DNA of 58,947 bases. It comes from Patescibacteria group bacterium (GTDB lineage Bacteria > Patescibacteriota > Minisyncoccia > Phycocordibacterales > UBA9973). The notes beneath the pieces are model-generated. The model did not search any database. It had not been told where the DNA came from and saw only the letters and a list, made by a program, of their open reading frames with translations. Of the stretch, positions 41,247-49,846 are shown piece after piece. The stretch spans positions 1-58,947 of the forward strand of contig JBBTYD010000007.1 of NCBI GenBank assembly GCA_038061925.1, in the 5' to 3' direction. A program made the position numbers and the translations under genes. Each line of letters opens with the position of its first letter. Positions within the stretch are counted from its first letter, which is position 1.

Positions 41247-42923
41247 ATTTTTACATCTTAGAACGCAAGCTTCCAGGAAAGCGATGAAAAGAGGATGTGG
41301 ATGGAGCGGTCTGGACTTCAGTTCGGGATGAAATTGAGTACCCAAGAAAAAGGGATGCTTGGTTTGCGAAAGTTCGGCAATTTCCATTAATCGAAAATCC
41401 GGCGAAGTACCAGAAAATATTAAACCAGTTTTCTCCAGTTTTTCTATGTATTCTGGATTAACTTCATAGCGATGACGATGACGTTCAGAAATTTGTTTTT
41501 TTCCATCCTCCTTCGCTAAAGCTCCAGCGGACAAGTAAGCGGCGTTCGCGATGCTCCTTTCTTTCAGAATTGCCGGATAAGCTCCTAAACGCATCGTCGC
41601 GCCGAAATTCTTTTCTTTCAGATTCTTTTTTTGTTCGAGCATAATATCAACAACCGGATAAGAAGTTTTGGGATTTATTTCAGTTGTGTTTGCGTCTTTC
41701 ATTAAAGCCACGTTTCGCGCAAATTCGATAACCGCGAGTTGCATACCATAGCATAAACCGAAATAAGGAATTTTTTTCTCTCGACAGTATTTAATAACAG
41801 AAATTTTACCTTCTATGCCTCGGCTGCCAAAACCACCGGGCACAATTATACCGTCGAATTTGTTTAATTCTTTTAAAGATTTTGGGTCCTTTTCAAATTG
41901 TTCCGAATTTAGCCAAATAATCTCGGGAACGCAACCTACCTTGCCTCCCGCATGTTTTATCGCTTCAATCACGGAAATATAAGAATCTTCAAGCACAAAC
42001 TCGCCCGTACCAAAATACTTGCCAACAATTCCAACCCGAACCGATCTGGTTGCGCTATTCATCTTGAGAACCATCTCTCGCCATTCTTTCATATCTCGTT
42101 TCCCCGACAACATTCTAAGTTTCTTCAAGATACGATCACCCAACCCGTCATTTTCGAAATTAACTGGCACCTGATAGATATTCTCCACGTTCGGCGCCGA
42201 GATAACATCTCCTTTTTCTAAACTGCACATAAATTCAATTTTTTCCTTTCGTTTTTCGTCCATCGGAATATGCGCGCGCGCGAGGATAATGTCTGGATTC
42301 AGCCCAACTGCGTTTAAGCTACGAACTGCGTGTTGGGTAGGTTTGGTTTTAAGTTCATTTCCACCGGCGCCGAGCGCGGGCACGTAACTCACCAACACTA
42401 AAACAACATCACGAGGATTTTTAATCTTGAGCATACGCACTGCCTCGAGAAATAAAATATTTTCATATTCGCCAACCGTACCGCCGATTTCCGTGATTGC
42501 AACTTTCGCATGAGCTTTGACTACTGCCTTATTGATACGTTCGATAATCTCGAGTGGAATACGTGGCACCACTTCCACTTGTTTGCCACCAAATTCCAAA
42601 TTGCGTTCTTTCTGAATCACGGAAAGATAAACACTGCCTGTCGTCATATAATTCGTTCGAGTAAGATCACGATCCAGAAAACGTTCATAATTACCCATAT
42701 CCTGATCACACTCTGTGCCATCATCTAAAACAAAAACCTCACCGTGTTCGGTGGGGCTCATAGTGCCCGCGTCAACATTCACATACGGATCTATTTTGAG
42801 AGCCGTAACTTCGATTCCTCGAGACTGAAGAATCTTGCCGATTGAAGCGGAAGCGACCCCCTTTCCAACTCCCGACATAACTCCCCCCACTACGAAAATA
42901 TATTTTGTTTGTTTGGCTGGCAT
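41229..42923 (-). CDS. pyrG: CTP synthase
   Basis: GGVMSGVGKG, KIDPYVNVDAGTMSP, GLCYGMQ, TQFHPE. Confidence 0.98.
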   Translation of the reverse strand: MPAKQTKYIFVVGGVMSGVGKGVASASIGKILQSRGIEVTALKIDPYVNVDAGTMSPTEHGEVFVLDDGTECDQDMGNYERFLDRDLTRTNYMTTGSVYLSVIQKERNLEFGGKQVEVVPRIPLEIIERINKAVVKAHAKVAITEIGGTVGEYENILFLEAVRMLKIKNPRDVVLVLVSYVPALGAGGNELKTKPTQHAVRSLNAVGLNPDIILARAHIPMDEKRKEKIEFMCSLEKGDVISAPNVENIYQVPVNFENDGLGDRILKKLRMLSGKRDMKEWREMVLKMNSATRSVRVGIVGKYFGTGEFVLEDSYISVIEAIKHAGGKVGCVPEIIWLNSEQFEKDPKSLKELNKFDGIIVPGGFGSRGIEGKISVIKYCREKKIPYFGLCYGMQLAVIEFARNVALMKDANTTEINPKTSYPVVDIMLEQKKNLKEKNFGATMRLGAYPAILKERSIANAAYLSAGALAKEDGKKQISERHRHRYEVNPEYIEKLEKTGLIFSGTSPDFRLMEIAELSQTKHPFFLGTQFHPELKSRPLHPHPLFIAFLEACVLRCKNIKDTP

Positions 42924-42928
42924 TCTTA

Positions 42929-43846
42929 TTACTTATTTAAATACTTTCTAATGGCGAAAAAACTGGAAATCACCCCCAAGATTATACCTGACAATAAAAT
43001 AATGGCAAAAATTTGAAAGAAATTTGAAATATAATAATTATAGAGATTAAGTCCCAGGAAACCAGTCATATTACGTCCAAACCAGGCTGTCGCTGGCCAG
43101 AAAAGAAGGAGGGTCACGATGGTAGAGATAATTCCATAAATTGCGCCCTCAACCATAAAAGGTCCCCGAACCCGCATTTTACTTGCTCCTACCAATCGCA
43201 TTACTCCAATTTCTTCTTTCGAAATAAAAATAGTCAATCGAATAGTGTTGAAGGTGATAAAGATAGAAGAAATTATGAAATAAAGCGTGAGAAGAAAACC
43301 AAACTTCTGCGCGCCGGATATTATGGTATTCAATCGGTCTATCACTAATTTATTATTGTAATAATTTGAGTGATTTACAATATCAGACGAACCTAAAACA
43401 AGCGCGTTGTCAGATTTCAAAAAGTTTGCGATACTTTCATATTGAGAAACTTCTTTAGTTTTAACATTCAAAACAGCGCCGAGTGGATTATCCCCTATTT
43501 CATCCAATGCGGCAATCGTTGGATAATCGTTCTGGTGACGATCACGAAAAAGTTTAAGCGCTTCGGAAGCGCTGGTATAGGAAACATTGGCCACTTCCGG
43601 CAATTTCAAAAGAGAATCTTTTAAAAGCGCAATTCGCGCTTCGGAGGCGCCCACGTTAAAATAAATCGTCACGTCTACTTTATCTTTTATGACATTAAGA
43701 GAAGAATAGAGTACTGCTTGTAAAAGAATAATCGTGACAATCACAGCTAAAGTATTCACTACTTGCAGGACTGCGGCGAAAGAAACTAAACCACTCCGAG
43801 TAAAATTTGTAAATCCTGCTTTTGTAATTCTTTTTAATTCAGTCAT
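42929..43846 (-). CDS. ftsX: Cell division permease FtsX
   Basis: Four-TM topology, NTIRLTI..SKEEIGVMRLVGAS, PFMVEG; downstream of ftsE. Confidence 0.92.
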   Translation of the reverse strand: MTELKRITKAGFTNFTRSGLVSFAAVLQVVNTLAVIVTIILLQAVLYSSLNVIKDKVDVTIYFNVGASEARIALLKDSLLKLPEVANVSYTSASEALKLFRDRHQNDYPTIAALDEIGDNPLGAVLNVKTKEVSQYESIANFLKSDNALVLGSSDIVNHSNYYNNKLVIDRLNTIISGAQKFGFLLTLYFIISSIFITFNTIRLTIFISKEEIGVMRLVGASKMRVRGPFMVEGAIYGIISTIVTLLLFWPATAWFGRNMTGFLGLNLYNYYISNFFQIFAIILLSGIILGVISSFFAIRKYLNK

Positions 43847-43866
43847 ACTATAATTATACCATAAGT

Positions 43867-44535
43867 CTATTGGTTATTTTTGGTATCTCGAATAACTTTC
43901 CCATTTTCCATCGTAATTACTCTTTCACCAATTAAATCAATAACACCACGATTGTGGGTAGCTAAAATCACCGTCGTGCCAAGATCATTTATTTTTTTTA
44001 AAATTTGCACTATCTCATACGTATTTATAGAATCAAGATTACCGGTTGGTTCGTCAGCAATGATAAGTTCAGGCTGATTAATAATAGCGCGAGCGATGGC
44101 GAGTCTTTGTTGTTCACCGCCCGAAAGTTGATTTGGAAAGTGATCTAAACGATGACTCAAATCAACCAACTCAAGAACATGCGGCACATCGGAAGCTATT
44201 TCCAGATCGGACTTGCCGACCGCTTCCATAGCAAAAGCGATGTTTTCGTACGCGGTTTTATTGGAAAGTAGTTTAAAATCTTGAAATACCACTCCAATCC
44301 GCCGACGCAGTTTGGTCAAATCTTTGTTTTTTAATTTATGCACATTAATAGATTCAAAAAAAACTGTTCCATTAGTCGGATTTTCATCGGCCACAATCAT
44401 TTTAGTGAGAGTTGTCTTGCCTGCCCCTGAATGTCCAACAATAGAAACAAACTCTCCCGCGGTAATTGAAAAAGTGACATCATCTAACGCCACCGCATCC
44501 TTATAAATTTTAGAAACATTATTGAAATAAATCAC
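43867..44535 (-). CDS. ftsE: Cell division ATPase FtsE
   Basis: GHSGAGKTT, VVFQDFKLL, LSGGEQQR, ADEPTGNLD. Confidence 0.93.
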   Translation of the reverse strand: MIYFNNVSKIYKDAVALDDVTFSITAGEFVSIVGHSGAGKTTLTKMIVADENPTNGTVFFESINVHKLKNKDLTKLRRRIGVVFQDFKLLSNKTAYENIAFAMEAVGKSDLEIASDVPHVLELVDLSHRLDHFPNQLSGGEQQRLAIARAIINQPELIIADEPTGNLDSINTYEIVQILKKINDLGTTVILATHNRGVIDLIGERVITMENGKVIRDTKNNQ

Positions 44536-44553
44536 ATTTTCATTGTATCATAT

Positions 44554-45453
44554 TTAGAAATTTTTCTCCGCCTCAATAAAAATATCTATTTCACCATTTA
44601 AAACAGCCTCCGTGTTTGATGTTTCCGCGCCTGTCCGATGGTCTTTGACCATTTTATACGGATGCAACACATACGAGCGAATTTGGTTCCCCCATTCTAT
44701 TTCCAGACCTTTATTTATTTTCATACTCTCTTCCACGCTTTTTTTCTCCTCTTCCGCTTTTTTGAAAATTTTTGCTCGAAGAATGCCCAGCGCGAGCTGC
44801 CGATTCTGTTCTTGGGAACGCTCACCTGAAGCATGCACGGCAGTACCTGTGGGAATATGGACGATTCTAACGGCTGTTTCTCTTTTGTTCACATTCTGCC
44901 CTCCGGGTCCAGATGAACGAGCAAATTCTATTTTTAAATCCGCATCTGGTATAACAATATCTTTTTCTTCAAGTTTAGAAAACTTGGGCAGAACTTCAAC
45001 TAGAGAAAAAGAGGTGTGTCTTAATTTTTTTGCATTAAAAGGAGAAATACGCACGAGACGATGTACTCCGGATTCATTTTTCAAATTTCCGTACGCATTT
45101 TTACCGGAAATTTCTATGGTGATATTGCGATAACCTCCATGTTCATTTTTATTTTCATGGATAAAAAAAATCCCCCAGCCCTTTTTATTCGTATACTTCA
45201 TATACATAGAAAGAAGCATGCTCGAAAAATCTTCGGCATCGTCTCCGCCCGCGCCGGAAATTATCGCCAGAATCGCATTCCCTTTGTCATATTTTCCAAC
45301 ACCCTCTTTTCTGGCTTTTAGTTCTGACAATTCTTTTAAAACAGCTTGAGCTTTATTTTTGTCATTCCAAAAATCCGGACCTTGCATCGAAGTTTCAAGT
45401 TTTTCTATCTCTTTTTGTAAATTATCTTGCATGTCATTTATATCTTTTTTCAT
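44554..45453 (-). CDS. prfB: Peptide chain release factor 2, shortened domain 1, no programmed frameshift
   Basis: SPF motif (RISPFNA), GGQ (GPGGQNVNK), WGNQIRSYVLHPY. Confidence 0.93.
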   Translation of the reverse strand: MKKDINDMQDNLQKEIEKLETSMQGPDFWNDKNKAQAVLKELSELKARKEGVGKYDKGNAILAIISGAGGDDAEDFSSMLLSMYMKYTNKKGWGIFFIHENKNEHGGYRNITIEISGKNAYGNLKNESGVHRLVRISPFNAKKLRHTSFSLVEVLPKFSKLEEKDIVIPDADLKIEFARSSGPGGQNVNKRETAVRIVHIPTGTAVHASGERSQEQNRQLALGILRAKIFKKAEEEKKSVEESMKINKGLEIEWGNQIRSYVLHPYKMVKDHRTGAETSNTEAVLNGEIDIFIEAEKNF

Positions 45454-45463
45454 AATATTTTCT

Positions 45464-45537
45464 TGGAGCCGAGAGTGGGAATCGGACCCACGTTCCTACT
45501 TTACGAAAGTAGTGTTCTGCCACTGAACTATATCGGC
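45464..45537 (-). tRNA. tRNA-Thr(CGT)
   Basis: Anticodon arm CTACT-TT CGT AA-AGTAG, encoded CCA; T-loop TCCGATT. Confidence 0.92.
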
Positions 45538-45577
45538 CTAAAAATTGTCAACCTACTACATCGACAAGTTTTGCCTG

Positions 45578-45649
45578 AGCCGTTGGTGGGGATCGGACCC
45601 ACGGTCTCGTTCTTACCAAGAACGTGCTTTACCACTAAGCTACAACGGC
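45578..45649 (-). tRNA. tRNA-Thr(GGT)
   Basis: Anticodon arm CGTTC-TT GGT AA-GAACG; T-loop TCCGATC. Confidence 0.92.
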
Positions 45650-45777
45650 GCATTCACACTTTTGTGTTCGGTACTTCCTCTCCCTCGTTCGTCAGTATAC
45701 TTAAACATACTAGTTTATATTCACCTAACACTACTTTTAGTATAACAAAGATTTTTTAATATAAAGAGTACTTTGAT

Positions 45778-45995
45778 ACGACGGCGACTCGGACGCCAAG
45801 AACAAGTGCTCTTGTTCTTGCGCTCCTCGCTTGTCGTAATAAAAATAAAAACAAGTGAGCGTGGAATAATCCGATGGCTCACTTGTGTGTGAATGATGCG
45901 TTCTACTGCACCATCCACACACAAGTGGGAGTGCAAAAAAAACGCGAATGCAAGGGCAAAGGGCAAAGTGTCAAAAAGACCACAGTGCCCAATGC
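45778..45995 (-). ncRNA. Candidate structured RNA or DNA hairpin array downstream of the GC-rich gene
   Basis: Stems CAAGAACAAG/CTTGTTCTTG (45797-45820), ACAAGTGAGC/GCTCACTTGT (45851-45886) and CACTTGTGTGTG/CACACACAAGTG (45880-45927). Confidence 0.45.
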
Positions 45996-46003
45996 CAGAG
46001 TGC

Positions 46004-46594
46004 CTACTTGCCGAAGCGGAGTGCGGGGAGGCTGGAGTACCAGTGGCCGTCCAGCCAGAACCAAACCAACCCAACCTTGTCGCCGTTGTCGTAGAGATAC
46101 GGGACAAGCAGGTGGCCGTTGCGGTCCTGCACGACCGAGCCCCACAGGAACACCGCCTTGCCCGCGAACAGCTTGCGGAACACGGCGATACCCTTCTGCT
46201 GAATGGCGAGCCCATCCTGCAAGTTCAGGCAGGTGGCGAGGTTGTCGCCCTTCTGCAAGTGCTTGTAGATGGTGTTGCCGACGACGGACCCACGCTTCTG
46301 GTCATCGTGGAGCCACTGGTCAACCTTTGTGAGGTCGTATTCAGCGGGTCCCGCGAGTTCCAACTCGGGATGCTCCAACTTCTTGAACCAGTCGGGGTAG
46401 GTCGGCTTGACGGACCTGTCCACGCGAACGAGGAAGTCCAGCACGGGTTCGGGCGGGAATTTGAGTTTCGGTTGTGGAATGAGGATCAGCTCGCCTCACA
46501 GGAACTGGGTGGCTCCCTCAAGTCCTCCTAGTTTGTTGAAGACAGCTTCCATCATCCCCAAATCCAGCGAAGCGTATTTCATCGTCGTGTTCAT
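46004..46594 (-). pseudogene. GC-rich gene resembling a CPR DGR target protein; in-frame TGA at codon 33 (46496-46498)
   Basis: MNTTMKYASLDLGMMEAVFNKLGGLEGATQFL*GELILIP...VLDFLVRVDRS... is in frame with the ORF-track 46004-46444 piece; aromatic, VR-like C-terminus. Confidence 0.7.
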
Positions 46595-46605
46595 TGTGTC
46601 TTTCT

Positions 46606-46752
46606 CCGACCATTGGTCGGCATTGTTTCTCCGCCTACTAGACGGAGAGCCGTGTAATCACGGCAGGTTGTTGTTTGATGCTAGAGGACGACCACAGTGG
46701 TAGTCATAGCCAGAAAATACCAAGTAAATTGGGACCTTTTGGCTATGACTAC
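46606..46752 (-). ncRNA. Candidate structured 5' leader
   Basis: Four hairpins: CCGACC/GGTCGG, TCTCCG/CGGAGA, GCCGTG/CACGGC and a 13-bp GTAGTCATAGCCA/TGGCTATGACTAC stem. Confidence 0.45.
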
Positions 46753-46794
46753 TGCTTTTGCAAGTAGTTTATCAAGGAACATTTTACGGGCTAT

Positions 46795-46824
46795 ATTATA
46801 CTATACTTTACGGATATTTGTCAA
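46795..46824 (-). promoter_or_regulatory. Consensus sigma70 promoter for the GC-rich cassette
   Basis: TTGACA-18 nt-TATAAT. Confidence 0.75.
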
Positions 46825-46879
46825 ATTTTTGTAATACCCGTGAACTTTTTATGCTTTATTTATAAGACTAAAAACTTTG

Positions 46880-46951
46880 CGCGGCTGATGGGTGCTGACC
46901 CCACGGCCTCCCACGTGACAGGCGGGTGCTCTACCGTTGAGCTACAGCCGC
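46880..46951 (-). tRNA. tRNA-Asp(GTC) with a non-canonical T-loop
   Basis: Acceptor GCGGCTG/CAGCCGC, G73, anticodon loop CT GTC AC, T-loop GTCAGCA. Confidence 0.88.
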
Positions 46952-46964
46952 AAAATTTATTCTT

Positions 46965-46983
46965 ATCAAGGTTTAATCTTGAT
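46965..46983. repeat. REP-like palindrome between tRNAs
   Basis: ATCAAG-GTTTAAT-CTTGAT; same arms as the rpoC and pyrG copies. Confidence 0.7.
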
Positions 46984-46984
46984 G

Positions 46985-47055
46985 TGCCGGAGAGTGGAAT
47001 TGAACCACTGTCTAAGGCTTATGAGTCCTTCGTTCTACCATTGAACTACACCGGC
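46985..47055 (-). tRNA. tRNA with CAT anticodon (elongator Met or Ile2)
   Basis: Anticodon loop CT CAT AA, G1-C72 paired, A73; identity cannot be resolved from sequence alone. Confidence 0.85.
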
Positions 47056-47201
47056 GTATTGTAAACCAAACTAATGCTAGAGTAGCACATTTTAGCTTAT
47101 TTTCAAATGTATTTACAAAAATAAAATTGCTAATTATTCGCAATATATTTGCGAACTTATACATTGCATATCTTTATAATCTAATATAAACTATTCTGTA
47201 T

Positions 47202-47272
47202 AGCGGGATAGAGAAGAGGCATCTCGTAAGGCTCATAACCTTAAGACGGCCGTTCGATTCGGCCTCCCGCAA
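47202..47272 (+). tRNA. Initiator tRNA-fMet(CAT)
   Basis: Unpaired 1:72 (A:A) then GCGGGA/TCCCGC; anticodon arm TAAGG-CT CAT AA-CCTTA. Confidence 0.85.
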
Positions 47273-47357
47273 CTCTTCGTCGCAAAGCTCCTCAGAGCCT
47301 GTGGCCGCTGATGTCTTTATAGAGAAGATACTGACAAACGTTAGTGAGAAAGTAAAA

Positions 47358-48005
47358 TTAAATAAAACCAAATACACGGAAAATATGCTCATATAGAGCA
47401 ATTACTCTTTTTGCTTCATGCTGAGTCAGTTCGAAAGAAACCCCCTCGTGAGCTATCCTATTACGGACTGTATGCGCTTCCCAAGCGGAGCTCAAATCGT
47501 GAAACTTGTCTTGGGTAGTAGATTTCAGTTTGTCACCAAAAGTCTCGCCCTTGAATCCCAATTGATTCATCAAATCTTCTAGCATCGCGTCAGCTTCAAT
47601 AACCGCCAGCTTCCAATCGCTTGAATGTTGGGAAAAAAGATAACCTAGAGTTTTGACCCACCTCTCGTTTTTTGACATTGCTTCTCCGAGTTTTGATTTT
47701 TTTTCTTTTTCTGCCTGATGATGCGCATATTCGGCCAGCTCCTGCTTTAGATGTTTGCGTTCCTTGCTTCTAATTTCAAACATCCTAATTGAAGTATATG
47801 AAATAATAGTCAGAAAAAACAATAAAAAAATAAAGAGAAGAGCATGGTAAAAAGATATTATTCCCGCGCCACTATTATAAATAAAATCAAAAAACTGACG
47901 AAAAAACACAATACCCTGATTAAATAAATAACTTGGATCAAACCACTTGGAACCAAGAACCGAATCTCCGAGAATAGGATTGGGATTTAATGATGATGGA
48001 TTCAT
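47358..48005 (-). CDS. Hypothetical membrane protein
   Basis: One TM helix, then W..AVIEADAMLED.M...G.GETFGDKLKS...AWEAHTVRNRIAHE (contains an RxxxxH motif). Confidence 0.7.
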   Translation of the reverse strand: MNPSSLNPNPILGDSVLGSKWFDPSYLFNQGIVFFRQFFDFIYNSGAGIISFYHALLFIFLLFFLTIISYTSIRMFEIRSKERKHLKQELAEYAHHQAEKEKKSKLGEAMSKNERWVKTLGYLFSQHSSDWKLAVIEADAMLEDLMNQLGFKGETFGDKLKSTTQDKFHDLSSAWEAHTVRNRIAHEGVSFELTQHEAKRVIALYEHIFRVFGFI

Positions 48006-48025
48006 AATATACGATAATTATACTC

Positions 48026-49456
48026 TTATTTTTCGTTTATTTCCTCAAAACGCTTGCTAATTTCAAAAAGCAAATCTTCCCTCCCGTGCGACGCCATAAA
48101 TTGAATCCCGAGCGGTAATTTTTTGCCTTCTATTTCCAGAAAACCACTAGGCAAAGAAATGGCCGGCACACCCACGATATTTGCCGTCACTGTAAAAATA
48201 TCCGCTAACCACACAGAGACAGGATCGCTTTTCTCTCCTATTTTCCAAGCGACAAACGGCGCAGTCGGGGTAATAATGAAGTCAACACTTTCAAAGGCTT
48301 TGGTAAATTCTTTTTTTAATTCGTTTCGAACCATCTGCGCCTTTCCATAATATGCGTCGTAATATCCATGAGAGAGAACATAAGTACCAAGAAGAATTCG
48401 GCGGCGAACTTCTTTGCCAAAACCCGCCCCTTTGGTAAACATATAATCTTCCAGTAGATTTTTTCCATCTTTATGAAGACCATATCGAACGCCATCAAAA
48501 CGAGCCAAGTTTGTAGATGCTTCTGCGGGCATAATGATGTAATAAATAGCTAAAGACATATCAAGATTTTTTAAAGAAATATTTTTAGTTTTAAATCCAA
48601 GCTTTTTTAATTTTTCAACAGCTTGTGTAAAATTTTCTCTCACTTCCGGACTAACACCTTCTCCAATAGCCAAGTCGTAAGGTATACCGATTACTAATTC
48701 TTTGTTAAAAATTTGTTTTGGATATGTTGTATCGGTAATGCTAGTACTGTCCAAAACATCATGTCCAGAAATAGCATCAAAAATAATTTGTACATCTTCA
48801 GTATTTTTAGCAATCTGACCGATGCAATCAAGTGACGAACCCATAGTAATAAGCCCATAGCGTGATACTCGACCATATGTTGGTTTCATCCCTACTATTC
48901 CACAAAAGGCCGCTGGTTCTCGCACCGAACCACCCGTGTCAGAGCCTAGCGCTCCAAGAGCAAGGTTGGCGGCAACAGCTACGATTGCCCCTCCCGAAGA
49001 CCCTCCTGCCACTCGTTTAAGATCATGAGGATTTTTGGTTACTCCATAGGCAGAATTTTCCGTTGAACCACCCATCGCAAATTCATCCATATTTGTTCTG
49101 CCTAAAAATACCGCCCCTTGTTTTTTTAATTTAGTTATCACTGTGGCATCATAAGAAGCAACATAGTTTGCTAAAATTTTTGACGCAGCGGAAACAAATT
49201 TACCTTTTATTAAAATATTATCTTTAATGGCAAGAGGAATACCAAGAAGAGGAGATGACTCCCCTTTGGCAATTCGGTCATCTGCCACTTTTGCTTGATC
49301 TAAAACATCATTATAAACTTCTAAATATGCGTTAAGTTCTTTATTTTTATTTTTAATCTCATTAAGATAGGTCTGCGCCAAATCCACCGCCGAAAATTCG
49401 CCTGCGTCGAGAGCTAGCCTTGCTTTTTTTATTGTCAGATTTTTCAAGTCTATCAT
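48026..49456 (-). CDS. gatA: Asp/Glu-tRNA amidotransferase subunit A
   Basis: GRTNMDEFAMGGSTENSA, GGSSGG, GSDTGGSVR. Confidence 0.97.
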   Translation of the reverse strand: MIDLKNLTIKKARLALDAGEFSAVDLAQTYLNEIKNKNKELNAYLEVYNDVLDQAKVADDRIAKGESSPLLGIPLAIKDNILIKGKFVSAASKILANYVASYDATVITKLKKQGAVFLGRTNMDEFAMGGSTENSAYGVTKNPHDLKRVAGGSSGGAIVAVAANLALGALGSDTGGSVREPAAFCGIVGMKPTYGRVSRYGLITMGSSLDCIGQIAKNTEDVQIIFDAISGHDVLDSTSITDTTYPKQIFNKELVIGIPYDLAIGEGVSPEVRENFTQAVEKLKKLGFKTKNISLKNLDMSLAIYYIIMPAEASTNLARFDGVRYGLHKDGKNLLEDYMFTKGAGFGKEVRRRILLGTYVLSHGYYDAYYGKAQMVRNELKKEFTKAFESVDFIITPTAPFVAWKIGEKSDPVSVWLADIFTVTANIVGVPAISLPSGFLEIEGKKLPLGIQFMASHGREDLLFEISKRFEEINEK

Positions 49457-49743
49457 AATATCTTTTTTACTTTCAAAAATCCGTCTTGCGTGTCTGGAAA
49501 TTGTCCAAGAATTAGCTCTTTTGAAAATTCACGCGATTCTATTTTATCTTCACGCCAAACATTTATGAGATTATTGTATTCATTTTTCTCATCTGCTAAT
49601 TGGCGGATAGGCATTTTAACCTTCTCAATCTGCTTCACATACTCCAAGATACCTTTCATATCCGAAAGTATTTCTTTTTTTTCGTCCCCGCTAAGCTCAA
49701 TTCGCGCAAGCTCTGCAAGGTTTTCAACATCTTCAATATCCAT
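49453..49743 (-). CDS. gatC: Asp/Glu-tRNA amidotransferase subunit C
   Basis: DVENLAELARI, NVWRED, FLKVKKIL; ATG 49743 has TGTTATAAT 6 nt upstream. Confidence 0.92.
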   Translation of the reverse strand: MDIEDVENLAELARIELSGDEKKEILSDMKGILEYVKQIEKVKMPIRQLADEKNEYNNLINVWREDKIESREFSKELILGQFPDTQDGFLKVKKIL

Positions 49744-49846
49744 CAAGAGATTATAACAAAAAATAAGAAAAAATAAAACTTAACAAAATACTCTAAAAAA
49801 TTTTATCCCCATATACGCTATAGCGTATATGGAAATATCTGATATT

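Noticed and set aside
46496-46498. Selenocysteine at the in-frame TGA
   Set aside because: The context suggests Arg rather than Cys; no recognisable SECIS just downstream and no sel genes in the window.
25316-46594. Genome-wide stop-codon reassignment explaining the interrupted genes
   Set aside because: The internal stops are of three kinds (TAG, TAA, TGA) and all three end intact genes in this window.
45721-46703. Overlapping ORFs 45893-46531(+), 45874-46332(+), 45721-46215(-) and 46407-46703(+)
   Set aside because: Shadow frames expected in GC-rich DNA; the promoter and the coherent protein support the minus-strand gene.
47174-47401. 75-aa ORF and possible tmRNA near 47200
   Set aside because: The region is the antisense of tRNA-fMet plus a short hairpin; no tmRNA features.
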